Shown in pieces: positions 37,592-46,697 of a stretch of 64,000 bases of DNA. Both the position numbers and the translations under genes were made by a program. Location: assembly GCA_965112155.1 (NCBI GenBank), contig OZ218102.1. One strand, written 5' to 3'. Numbering within the stretch: the stretch's first letter is position 1; the number at the start of each line of letters is the position of its first letter. The notes below the pieces were generated by a model. It saw nothing but the letters and a program-made list of their open reading frames with translations. It did no database searches and was not told where the DNA came from. Source of the DNA: Podarcis liolepis (taxonomy: Eukaryota).

Positions 37592-37805
37592 TGCCAATCA
37601 CCCATTCCCACCACCCTTCTGAGTAATACCCCTCCCCACCTTCTCACTATATGGAAGGATCTGGCAACTTCTGTTTCAGTGTATCTGAAGAAGTGTGCAT
37701 GCACACGAAAGCTCATACCAAGAACTAACTTAGTTGGTCTTTAAGGTGCTACTGGAAGGAATTTTTTTATTTTGACTATGGCAGACCAACACGGCTACCT
37801 ATCTG
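37592..37805 (+). mobile_element. Penelope-like element terminal-repeat fragment
   Basis: CTGAAGAAG...CGAAAGCTCAT...TTAGTTGGTCTTTAAGGTGCTACTGGA; flanked by the 10-bp direct repeat TACCAATGCT (37582-37591 / 37806-37815). Confidence 0.75.
37681..37718 (+). ncRNA. Minimal type I hammerhead ribozyme motif (Penelope-associated)
   Basis: GTAT-CTGAAGA-A-GTGTGCATGCACAC-GAAA-GC-TC-ATAC: stem I, CUGANGA, stem II, GAAA, palindromic AGCU stem III, UH site. Confidence 0.65.
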
Positions 37806-37829
37806 TACCAATGCTACCGGTTCTGCTCC

Positions 37830-38520
37830 TGCAGCAGGAGGTTCCCCCGATCTTCCCCGGCGCTGCCTCTCAGCCCCGCCCACGTCCCCTGCCGCGGCCC
37901 CCAAGGTTCGCTCCCTAACTCCTTAGGCTCTCCCAACTGCCTCCCCCCCTCGTTGCTCCCTTTGGTTCGGCCCCCTCTTCTTCTCCTCCTCCCCCCTCCC
38001 AAGAGAGCACACATGGTTCGGTCCGAGCATCCCTCGCTCGGCTCCCCGCTCCCAAGCCCCGCCCCTATTTTGTCCCCCCCCCCGTCCCGCCGCCGCCGCC
38101 GCCCACTTGACCGGCCTCCCTCACCCAGCGACATGTCGATTTTCTCCAGCGTCTCGCTGCTGACGCTCCTCAGCGGGGCTCCGCCAGCGCCGAAGCCGCT
38201 CATGGCCGCCGCTCCCAAAACACAAGACCGAGAGCGAGGAAAGCAGCACCACAGAAGCTCCGCGCTCTCTCCCCCTTCTGGGCATGCGCCGGGCGCGCAA
38301 GACGCATGCGCCACGCTCGCGCTCTCCTCCCGCGTGACGGAACCCAACGCCTCCTCCGGTCGCGAGAGCCGATTATGGGGCGGGGTCCGTCTTCGCCCGT
38401 TGCTGCGCTTGCGCGAGCCGAGCGGCTTCGGCGACGCTCCGGGGAGTACCGTAGATCGCCGAGCTGAGCGCATAGGAGGAGGTACCGTAATGCGCTCTGC
38501 GGCGCTTCGCAATATAAAAC
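37830..38520 (-). promoter_or_regulatory. FYTTD1 CpG island/promoter
   Basis: CpG-dense. Two NRF1-like GCATGCGC (~38282, ~38304), TCGCGAGA at ~38360, GC box at ~38377. Confidence 0.8.
38125..38203 (-). CDS. FYTTD1: FYTTD1 (UAP56-interacting factor, UIF) coding exon 1
   Basis: MSGFGAGGAPLRSVSSETLEKIDMSL; start context GCGGCCATGA; donor G|GTGAG. KIDMSL+DDIIK forms the UAP56-binding motif across the junction. Confidence 0.93.
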
Positions 38521-38908
38521 CTAGCAAGCAACGAAAGCCTAAAGAGATAAGAACAAGTTAAAAGCAAAAGATCAAAACACAAAATAAAATAAAATATAAA
38601 TGAAGCTGATTAGGAAAAATCCTGGGGTGCGGATTTACTCTGCTGTCCAGCTTGTCGAGGTGCCACTCCCCGCGGGTCTCTCTGGTCAGCAAAAAGAGGA
38701 GTCTCCAGCCACGTTAAAGAAGCAAACAGCGGTCAGTAGACCTGGTCTTTATTTGTTGCAACAAGGTTCAAATGCACAAAGAGTGGCAACCCCAAGCATG
38801 GGATTGTGTGACCTTTTAAGACCTCTCCCCATTTCCCATAATACATTTTTCAACAGCATCATTGATACATCACAAATATGTCACAGTGTAGGAGTGTTTG
38901 GCATGTAG

Positions 38909-39254
38909 AAGGTAAAGGGACCCCTGACCATTAGGTCCAGTCATGGCAGACTCTGGGGTTGCGGTGCTCATCTCGCTTTATTGGCCAAGGGAGCCGGCAT
39001 ACAGCTTCCGGATATGTGGCCAGCATGACTAAGCCACTTCTGGCGAACCAGGGCAGCGCACAGAAACGCTGTTTACCTTCCCGCCAGAGTGGTACCTATT
39101 TATCTACTTGCACTGACGTGTTTTCGAACTGCTAGGTTGGCAGGAGCAGGGACTAAGAAACGGGAGCTCACCCTGTCACGGGGATTCGAACTGCCAACCT
39201 TCTGATCGGCAAGTCCTAGGCTCTGTGGTTTAACCCACAGTGCCACCCACGTCC
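38909..39254 (-). mobile_element. Sauria SINE, full length
   Basis: Reverse-complement copy of the same family. Confidence 0.92.
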
Positions 39255-39882
39255 AAAAAAATGTATAGGTAGCTAGATACCAATTCATCGTGGCTCATCT
39301 TATTTGGAAGCGGCAACCTATGTGTGAATAACAAATAAAATTCTGGTGCCTCATGTAATGCGATGGTTTTTAAAACCTGATTCCTACATTTATATGAGAA
39401 AATGATGATGTTTGGAGCCCCGGTTTATATTGTCAGCATACTGACACTGTAAAGGTTAAAATGCTTTTGCTTAATCCCTCAACCAATTTAACAAAATGAA
39501 AGATGGCAGATGCTCTGTGTCCAGACAGCAGGTGCAAAGCAGACCAAACACAGACAGATGGTGGTGGAGGAGGAGACAGCAGCAACTTTTATTATCCAAG
39601 CCAAGAAAGCAGCTGCCTGCAACTGGACATCTGCAAAGGAAAATGGAACAAATACCAGCATCTAAAAACTATTTAAGCATCACCCTTTTGGTGTCCCCCA
39701 TATGGCAAAAGTCACTTGAGGGTCAATGATGAAATAAAGCAACAATCAGCATAACCTTTCCCCCCAGCTGACGCATTTGCAAAAAAGAGAAAACTGATAG
39801 AAAGGCTGCTGTTGTGATAATAATACAGATTGCAGTGTGCTAATATTGGAACAGTTTAATAGGTTCACTAACATGTTAGTAA

Positions 39883-40233
39883 GGGACATGGGTGGCGCTG
39901 TGGGTTAAACCACAGAGCCTAGGACTTGCCGATCAGAAGGTCGGCAGTTCGAATCCCCACGACGGGGTGAGCTCCCATTGCTCGGTCCCTGCTCCTGCCC
40001 ACCTAGCAGTTCAAAAGCATGTCAAAGTGCAAGTAGATAAATAGGTACCGCTCCGGCGGGAAGGTAAACGGCATTTCCGTGCGCTGCTCTGGTTCGCCAG
40101 AAGCGGCTTAAGTCGTGCTGGCCACATGACCCGGAAGCTCTACGCCAGCTCCCTCAGCCAATAAAGCGAGATGAGCGCTGCAACCCCAGAGTTGGTCACG
40201 ACTGGACCTAATGGTCAGGGGTCCCTTTACCTT
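39883..40233 (+). mobile_element. Sauria SINE, full length
   Basis: Same family; 12-bp TSD TAACATGTTAGT. Confidence 0.92.
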
Positions 40234-40820
40234 TAACATGTTAGTGTTTTGTATACAGATCCCCCCATCCTACAGAAGTTGACACATGCAAGCCACATAA
40301 GAAGAGCCTGTTAGATTGCCCATTTAGTCCAGCATCCTGTTCTCACAGTGGCCAACCAGATGTCCTTCAGGAACCAGCAAGCAGAATTAAAGCACAACAG
40401 CACTCTCCCTCCCTGTGGTTTCCAGCAACTGGTATTTGGAAACATTGCTTCCTCCAGCTTTGGAGGGCACAGCATAGCCATTCTGGCTAGAAGCATTGAT
40501 AGCCTCCATGGCCCTCTTTTAAAGCCATCAAGGTTGGTGGCCATCACTGCCTCATGAGGGAGTTCCATACATGAAGACGTACTCTATGATACCTATCTGC
40601 AACCTGTTGTAGCACAGTTCAGGAAAGGCTTTCCCTCTCGATTCTGCTCATTGTGCAAACTGGCTAATCACAAATAGGTCTCCTCATGGCCCTGTAGAAT
40701 TGAACTGGGTTCACCTGCAGGTAAGTGAGATCAGGGTTGCAGCTTTGTTTCTTGAGTAAACCTGATCAGCATCACGCTTGCTCATTAATTTAAATATAAC
40801 ATATCAACAGAGTTTTTCTC

Positions 40821-41253
40821 TTTTTTAAAATATAATTTTATTAATTTTTACGTAAAGTTTCCAAAAAACATACAACATATTTTCTTATACAATGTTTTGG
40901 ACTTCCATCAACCACGTCTGAAGATTTTTCAGTCTTTATCACTTAATCTTCATTTAATTGATTTCACTATTACTTTTAATAGTCCACTAATAATTCTCTT
41001 CATCCTTTTCTCTGCAATATTTCACATAGTCCTCCTTACAAAACGTCTTGTAGTCCTACTAGCGTAATCTGTTGATTACAATTGCTTTTCAAATAATTCA
41101 CATATTTACTCCAGTCGTCTGAGAATCTCTGAGCCCGCTGGTTTCGAATCCTTCCTGTTGTTTTCTCTAATTCTGCATAGTCCATTAATTTCCTCTGCCA
41201 TTTTTCTTTCATCGGCAGTTCTTCTGGTTTCCATTTCTGTGCCAATACAGTAG
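40821..41253 (-). mobile_element. L1-clade LINE 3' fragment
   Basis: VLAQKWK..LP.KEKWQRKLMDYAELEK.T.RIR...F.DDW.KY..YL (ORF2 C-terminus), then AT-rich 3' UTR and A-rich tail. Confidence 0.75.
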
Positions 41254-41670
41254 TACACTTGCTGCCCTTATAGATCGGCAGAGTTTTTATAATCACCGGA
41301 GCCATTAAGTGCACACACGCCCAATTGCCGTGCAGATAATTCCAACATTATCAAGGCATATTATTGCCCGCCCTCCTTAGCCCCGTTTCCCCCCGAAAAA
41401 AAAGTCTAAATTCCAAATCGCCCTCATCCAAGCAGAGGCAGAACAGGCTTGGGAGCAGCTGTTCAGCGCGGGGCACGCTGGGAGTCGTAGTTCCCGAAGG
41501 ATTCCGGGGGTGGGTGGGTGGGCGGGGCTTCCGGAGGCGTGCTTGCCTATGCGGCGGGGCAGGGAACGTAGCGCGCCGGAAGTTGCGTTATCGAGGCGCG
41601 CGCGAGGGCCGCTGGGACTCGTAGTTCCCCGCCTCTGAGGGCGAGAGAAGGCGGCGCTGTCCCGGGCGAG

Positions 41671-41745
41671 ATGGCCGGAGGAGACGGGGCTGCGCTCAGA
41701 GTGGGCGTCGCCGTCCAGGCTTGGAGTGAGGCCGCCGAGCTCTGA
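41671..41745 (+). other. Candidate upstream ORF (24 aa) in the RUBCN 5' leader
   Basis: GAGATGG start, MAGGDGAALRVGVAVQAWSEAAEL*, stops 22 nt before the main ATG. TSS position is inferred. Confidence 0.5.
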
Positions 41746-41767
41746 CCGCCGCCTCGCCCTCCGAGGG

Positions 41768-41796
41768 ATGGAGGTTGCGGGGCAGGAGGAGAGCAG
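41768..41796 (+). CDS. RUBCN: RUBCN (Rubicon) coding exon 1
   Basis: GGGATGG start, MEVAGQEES-R; donor AG|GTCAGA is phase 2, matching exon 2. The EESR-(K)EHW junction resembles mammalian EESRREHW. Confidence 0.8.
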
Positions 41797-42110
41797 GTCA
41801 GAAGGCGAAGGGGGGCAGCAGGGCCGGGAAGGGGGGCCCGAGGTAACCGGGGGTGGGGCTGGTTGGGGGGCGGGAGAGAGGCGAGGCAATGGGGGGGAGC
41901 TAATTAACGGAAAAGGGGTGTGAGCGCTGAGGGAAATGAAATGACATGCAGTGGGGGGGGGAATCAGTTGGGGGTCAGAGCTGAGGGGAGATATTTGGGG
42001 GGAGGGGAGTTAATAGGGGCGCTGTGGGTGGAGTGGGGTGTGGGTAGTTATAGGGGGAGCTGAGGCGATGGGGTGGCGGGAGGGGAGTTTGCTGAGGCAT
42101 TGCGGGCGGG

Positions 42111-42249
42111 GAGTGGCGTAGCGTGGGTTGTCAGCACCCGGGGCAAGGCAAGTAATTTGCGCCCCCTAACCCGTGGATTTGCGCCCCCTAAACCCTAACC
42201 CCCAGATGTTGCGGCCGGCCCCCCCTGCACCCCCCACGCTACGCCACTG
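42111..42249. mobile_element. Short hAT-like MITE
   Basis: TIR AGTGGCGTAGCGTGGG / CCCACGCTACGCCACT; flanks CGGGCGGG / CGGGTGGG look like an 8-bp TSD with one mismatch. Confidence 0.7.
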
Positions 42250-42691
42250 CGGGTGGGGAGTGAGTTGTGGGGCCGGGAAAGAGCCCATGATGGTGGTGGT
42301 GGTGGTGGGGCTATTTGTGGGGAGAGGGGAGTTTGCTGAGGCAATGCGGGTGGGGGGGGGGAGTTACAGGCTGGGAAGTAGCCCGTTTTGGGATGGGACC
42401 TTGGGTGGCAGTGGGGCATGAGTTGTAAGCCTCAAGTGATTAGGAGATGAAAACGCCTAACTCCTCTATGGACGTCTTGAAGAGGTTGTGTATAGTCTAG
42501 GATCTCCCTACCAGATATAAGAATTACCTCAAGAGTAAGGGTGGAGATGGTGTGATCCAAGAGTCACAGCATCAATGGTATAAAGATAAACTAAGCTAAA
42601 AATGATAATTTGTCCTTCCAAATTCAAAATGTAAACAGCTGACCATGGCTACAAGCCGTATATCTTTATCATGCTAATCTCCGAACACTTA

Positions 42692-42933
42692 CAGTGATAC
42701 CTCGGGTTACATACACTTCAGGTTACATACGCTTCAGGTTACAGACTCCGCTAACCCAGAAATATTACCTCAGGTTAAGAACTTTGCTTCAGGATGAGAA
42801 CAGAAATCGTGCTCTGGCGGCGCGGTGGCAGCAGGAGGCCCCATTAGCTAAAGTGGTACTTCAGGTTAAGAACAGTTTCAGGTTAAGAACGGACCTCCAG
42901 AACGAATTAAGTACTTAACTTGAGGTACCATTG
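42692..42933 (+). mobile_element. Tigger/pogo-like MITE, family B
   Basis: TA|CAGTGATACCTCGGGTTA ... TTAACTTGAGGTACCATTG|TA; five copies in the window. Confidence 0.85.
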
Positions 42934-43008
42934 TATTTGGAAAAGGGCAAAGAATTTGATTACTCGTCTTGATGTTACATTGTATCGAAGCAATACTGTG
43001 TTACAGTA

Positions 43009-43222
43009 CGGTGGTACCTCGGGTTACATAAGCTTCAGGTTACAGACTCCGCTAACCCAGAAATAGTACCTTGGGTTAAGAACTTTGCTTCAGGATGAGA
43101 ACAGAAATTGCGCGGTGGCAGCGGGAGGCCCCATTAGCTAAAGTGGTGCTTCAGGTTAAGAACAGTTTCAGGTTAAGAACGGACCTCCAGAACGAATTAA
43201 GTTCTTAACCTGAGATACCACT
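43009..43222 (+). mobile_element. Tigger/pogo-like MITE, family B
   Basis: Second copy 75 bp after the first; right TIR slightly clipped. Confidence 0.82.
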
Positions 43223-45018
43223 CAGGGGCGGTGTGGGAGGAGGAGGATGGAGAAGGGAGTTCAGTTGTGTCACTAGGAGGTGTGTGCCGGAGTCTCTTCA
43301 GCAGGGCTTTTTATGTTTGAACAGCGGAAAGGTTGTGTAGGACTGACCCAGATTCACTTACTGAGGCGAGAATTTCCTTGCAAGCTCACAAGTTTAAAGA
43401 AAAGGAAAATGAAAGAGGGCGTGCGAGCATTGCAGAGAGGTATAAAATTATGCATGGTGTGAAGGAAGTGCGAAGAGAGGTTTTTCTCCTCTCGTAATAC
43501 TAGAACACTAGTATGTCAAGTAGATAAAGAACTATGCAACTTTTAGAAGACATCTGAAGGCAGCCCTGTATCAGGAAGCTTTTAATGTTTGATGCTTTAT
43601 ATATTCTGTAAGTTGCCCAGAGTGGCTGGGGAAACCCAGCCAAATGGGCGGGGTATAAATAATAAAATAATAATAATTACTAGAAGCTGAATGTTGGAAG
43701 ATTCAGGGCAGATAAAAGAAAGTACTTGTTCACACGGCGCCTTGTTAAAACTATGGAACTCACTGCCACAGGAGGCAATGATGGCCAGCAACTTGGATGG
43801 CTTCAAAAGAGGATTAGACAAATTAATGGAGGATAAGGTCATCAGTGACTGCTAACCCTGATGACTATGTTCTATTTGCTAGGAATTTTAGTTGGGGAAT
43901 GTGCTGTCATGCTCCCATTCTGCTTCCAGGCTATCCTTGGATATCTCATTGGCTGCTTATGAGGACAGTCCTGGGCTAGATGGGCCATTGACCTAATTGA
44001 GTAGGGCTTCTTACACAGAACTATTTGTCAGACTGCATGTTTTAATTTTTTGTAAAGGAGGGGGGAAACACTTTGTTGGGGCCAAACAAGATTCATGCCA
44101 GTAAGTAAAGGACCATGCTTTATTTCACATTAAAAAATAAAGCAAAGCTGATTGTTGGAATCTAGCTTGAAGAAGAGTTCTGTAGAACTTAAAAACTCCC
44201 ACATGATGTGAAGTTCACTGGGTATGTAGATGACAGAGCAGCCACTGAGGCCCATTGCAAAAGGACATCAGTCACATAAATATTTAGTTTATTTACATCT
44301 CTTTTTGGGGGCAGAAATGATGTTGCTTATTTACTGTTGTACATTTTAACATCTATATAACGTCCAATATGTGTTTGGTGCTTGCTGTGCAGTATGCAGA
44401 AACTCCATTATTTTCCTGTGGAAATCTCATGCCGTTAACAATAAATTGTGCAAACCAGAATATTTTGCTTCTGGTAGCTGAGTTGTCAAAGAACTTAACT
44501 TTCATGGGGAGGGGTGAAGTCACTAAAGGAGTGTACAGAAGATACTTTGAACATATATTTCTGCCCTACATAGAGTCAGATACTGTAATAGATTCATTGG
44601 TCCAGCATTGTCTGTTCAGATTGGCATCAGGTTTCCCAGATCTCAAGCTGGGGTTATTTCAAGCCCTGCAGGCTGAGATTGTTTAACTGGAGATAATAGC
44701 AATTGCAAAGCACATGCCTAACCCCTGAATTGTGGGGTCTTGCAATTTGGATCAGTGGGATTTAGGACCAGGCAATAATAGATATAAGAGGAACTAGCAA
44801 AGGGTTTGTGTGTATGTGGGTGGGAAGTAATATCAAAAGGTATTCTTTTGCTGCTCAGTGGAAATTCAGTCTCATCATCTGACTTTTACTAGATAATTTT
44901 CTTTTCATGCTTTTCTGCATGCTTAAGGACTAGAAACTTGCTATCTTAGTCATGCAATGGAACACAAGAAGACACAGGTGGGTAGAAATTTGGTGGCTGT
45001 TAGTTTCAAATAGTTGTA

Positions 45019-45244
45019 CAGTGGTACCTCTGGTTACGTACTTAATTCGTTCCGGAGGTCCATTCTTAACCTGAAACTGTTCTTAACCTGAAGCACCACT
45101 TTAGCTAATGGGGCCTCCCGCTGCTGCCACACCGCTGCTGTGCAATTTCTGTTCTCATCCTGAAGCAAAGTTCTTAACCTGAGGTACTATTTCTGGGTTA
45201 GCGGAGTCTGTAACCTGAAACGTATGTAACCCGAGGTACCACTG
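45019..45244 (-). mobile_element. Tigger/pogo-like MITE, family B
   Basis: TA|CAGTGGTACCTC ... GAGGTACCACTG|TA, inverted relative to the 42.7-kb copies. Confidence 0.88.
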
Positions 45245-46369
45245 TACTCTGACTTGGGCAACTTGTTGGAAAGGCACCATTAAAAATAGCCTTTATGGAC
45301 AACCTCAGGGTAGTCTCTATTAGGATCTCCTGCATTAAACAAGGTTGGTGATCAGTAGAATATGTGTGTGGAATATTTCTGAGAGATAGAAGATTGATTT
45401 GGGAAGGAGCAGACTTATGTTGCCAGGTATGAATATAGCTTTTAGTGAAAACTGTCTTCTCAGAATTTAAGAGGGAAAAAGCAGGCCAATAGGGTGTCAG
45501 CTTTTGAGTAATACAGAACACTATGAAGCACTTTCAATGGCTGTGATTGTTTCTCTCCCCGCCCTGACACCTGCGTGTCAAAGGTATACACTAAAATGTG
45601 AAGCGCTCCTAAATCTTGATAAAAGAGATAAGGGCTTGGTCATTTCCAAGTTGCCTAATTAAAACTGTGCTCTAGAGTTATGTGTAACTCAAAATTTTGC
45701 ACAGGGCTACAGGCCAACAGAAGGCAGGCCCATCAAAGGCTGCTGTTGTGTTACCTAGTTTGGGTGGTCATTTGTGCATTTCAGGGACAAGGGGGAGGGG
45801 GAGAGCTGGACCTAGCTTGGACCTGCCTATTAAGAGACTGTTTGCAGTGCTTCCTCCCTTGAAACCCACCTGCTTTGCATTGCTAAGCTTGATGACTTTT
45901 ATATCTACCCATGACACCAATGCTGTCAAGCTCTGGCATAATCTGTGCAGGTGAAGACAGACGTCAGAACTTGTTTGTACAGAGACCTTTTGCATCTCTG
46001 TTAGCTCAATTTAGAAAATTTACAATGCAATATTCATTGTTTACATAGAATTATCCCCTATTGAGTTCAGTGATGCTTACTCCTGGATCAGTTAAGTGTG
46101 AAAAGAATTGCGGCTTTAGTGACTAGTTTGGATTTTTTCCTAGGTGTATAATATCTCTAAATCATAAACCTAGTCAGTTTATAGATAAACCTAATGCATG
46201 CCTCTTGCGTACTTCGGGTGTGTGAAATATTTTAATTGTTTTAAGATAATTTGTATCCTTCCTTACCATTTTTTTTAAATGGGGGAACCATGGCATGCTC
46301 TCCTCCCTGAACTGCAGCTGGCACCGACATCATTCAGTACTAGCTAAATACCTATCTCTTCATCTGGGC

Positions 46370-46697
46370 CAGGGGTCTGCAACCTTTAAGACAAAAAGAG
46401 CCACTTGGACCCGTTTCCGAAGAAAGCACAACAACTGGGAGCCGCAAAACCATTGCAACATTTAAAACATCTCTGGAGCCGCGATCTGACAGCGGGCGGG
46501 AAGGTGACGTCGGGGCGGTGCGTGACTAACGCACACACCGCCCCCATGCGACGTCACAGCCAGTACAGTGCCCGCCACAGTAGGGAGTGTCAGGGCGCAC
46601 AATGCGCCTCCTCCCCTCACTAGTATCCGCCCCGGAGCCGCGGCAAAGGTGTAAAAGAGCCACATGCGGCTCCGGAGCCGCAGGTTGCAGACCCCTG
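46370..46697. mobile_element. Non-autonomous hAT element
   Basis: TIR CAGGGGTCTGCAACCT / AGGTTGCAGACCCCTG; perfect 8-bp TSD ATCTGGGC. Confidence 0.92.

Larger units (their letters stand above)
41440..41900 (+). promoter_or_regulatory. RUBCN CpG island/promoter
   Basis: CpG-dense. Two ZNF143/THAP11-type motifs (GCTGGGASTCGTAGTTC at 41477-41493 and 41611-41627), ETS CCGGAAGT at ~41576, GC box. Confidence 0.8.

Noticed and set aside
37814-38561. 237-aa minus ORF and 202-aa plus ORF over FYTTD1 exon 1
   Set aside because: CpG-island artefacts; the homologous start is ATG 38203 and the exon ends at the 38124 donor.
44165-44200. Second hammerhead-like motif TTGAAGAAGAGTTCTGTAGAACTTAAAAACTC
   Set aside because: Stem II is present but core positions C3 and G12 are mutated; likely a dead Penelope remnant.
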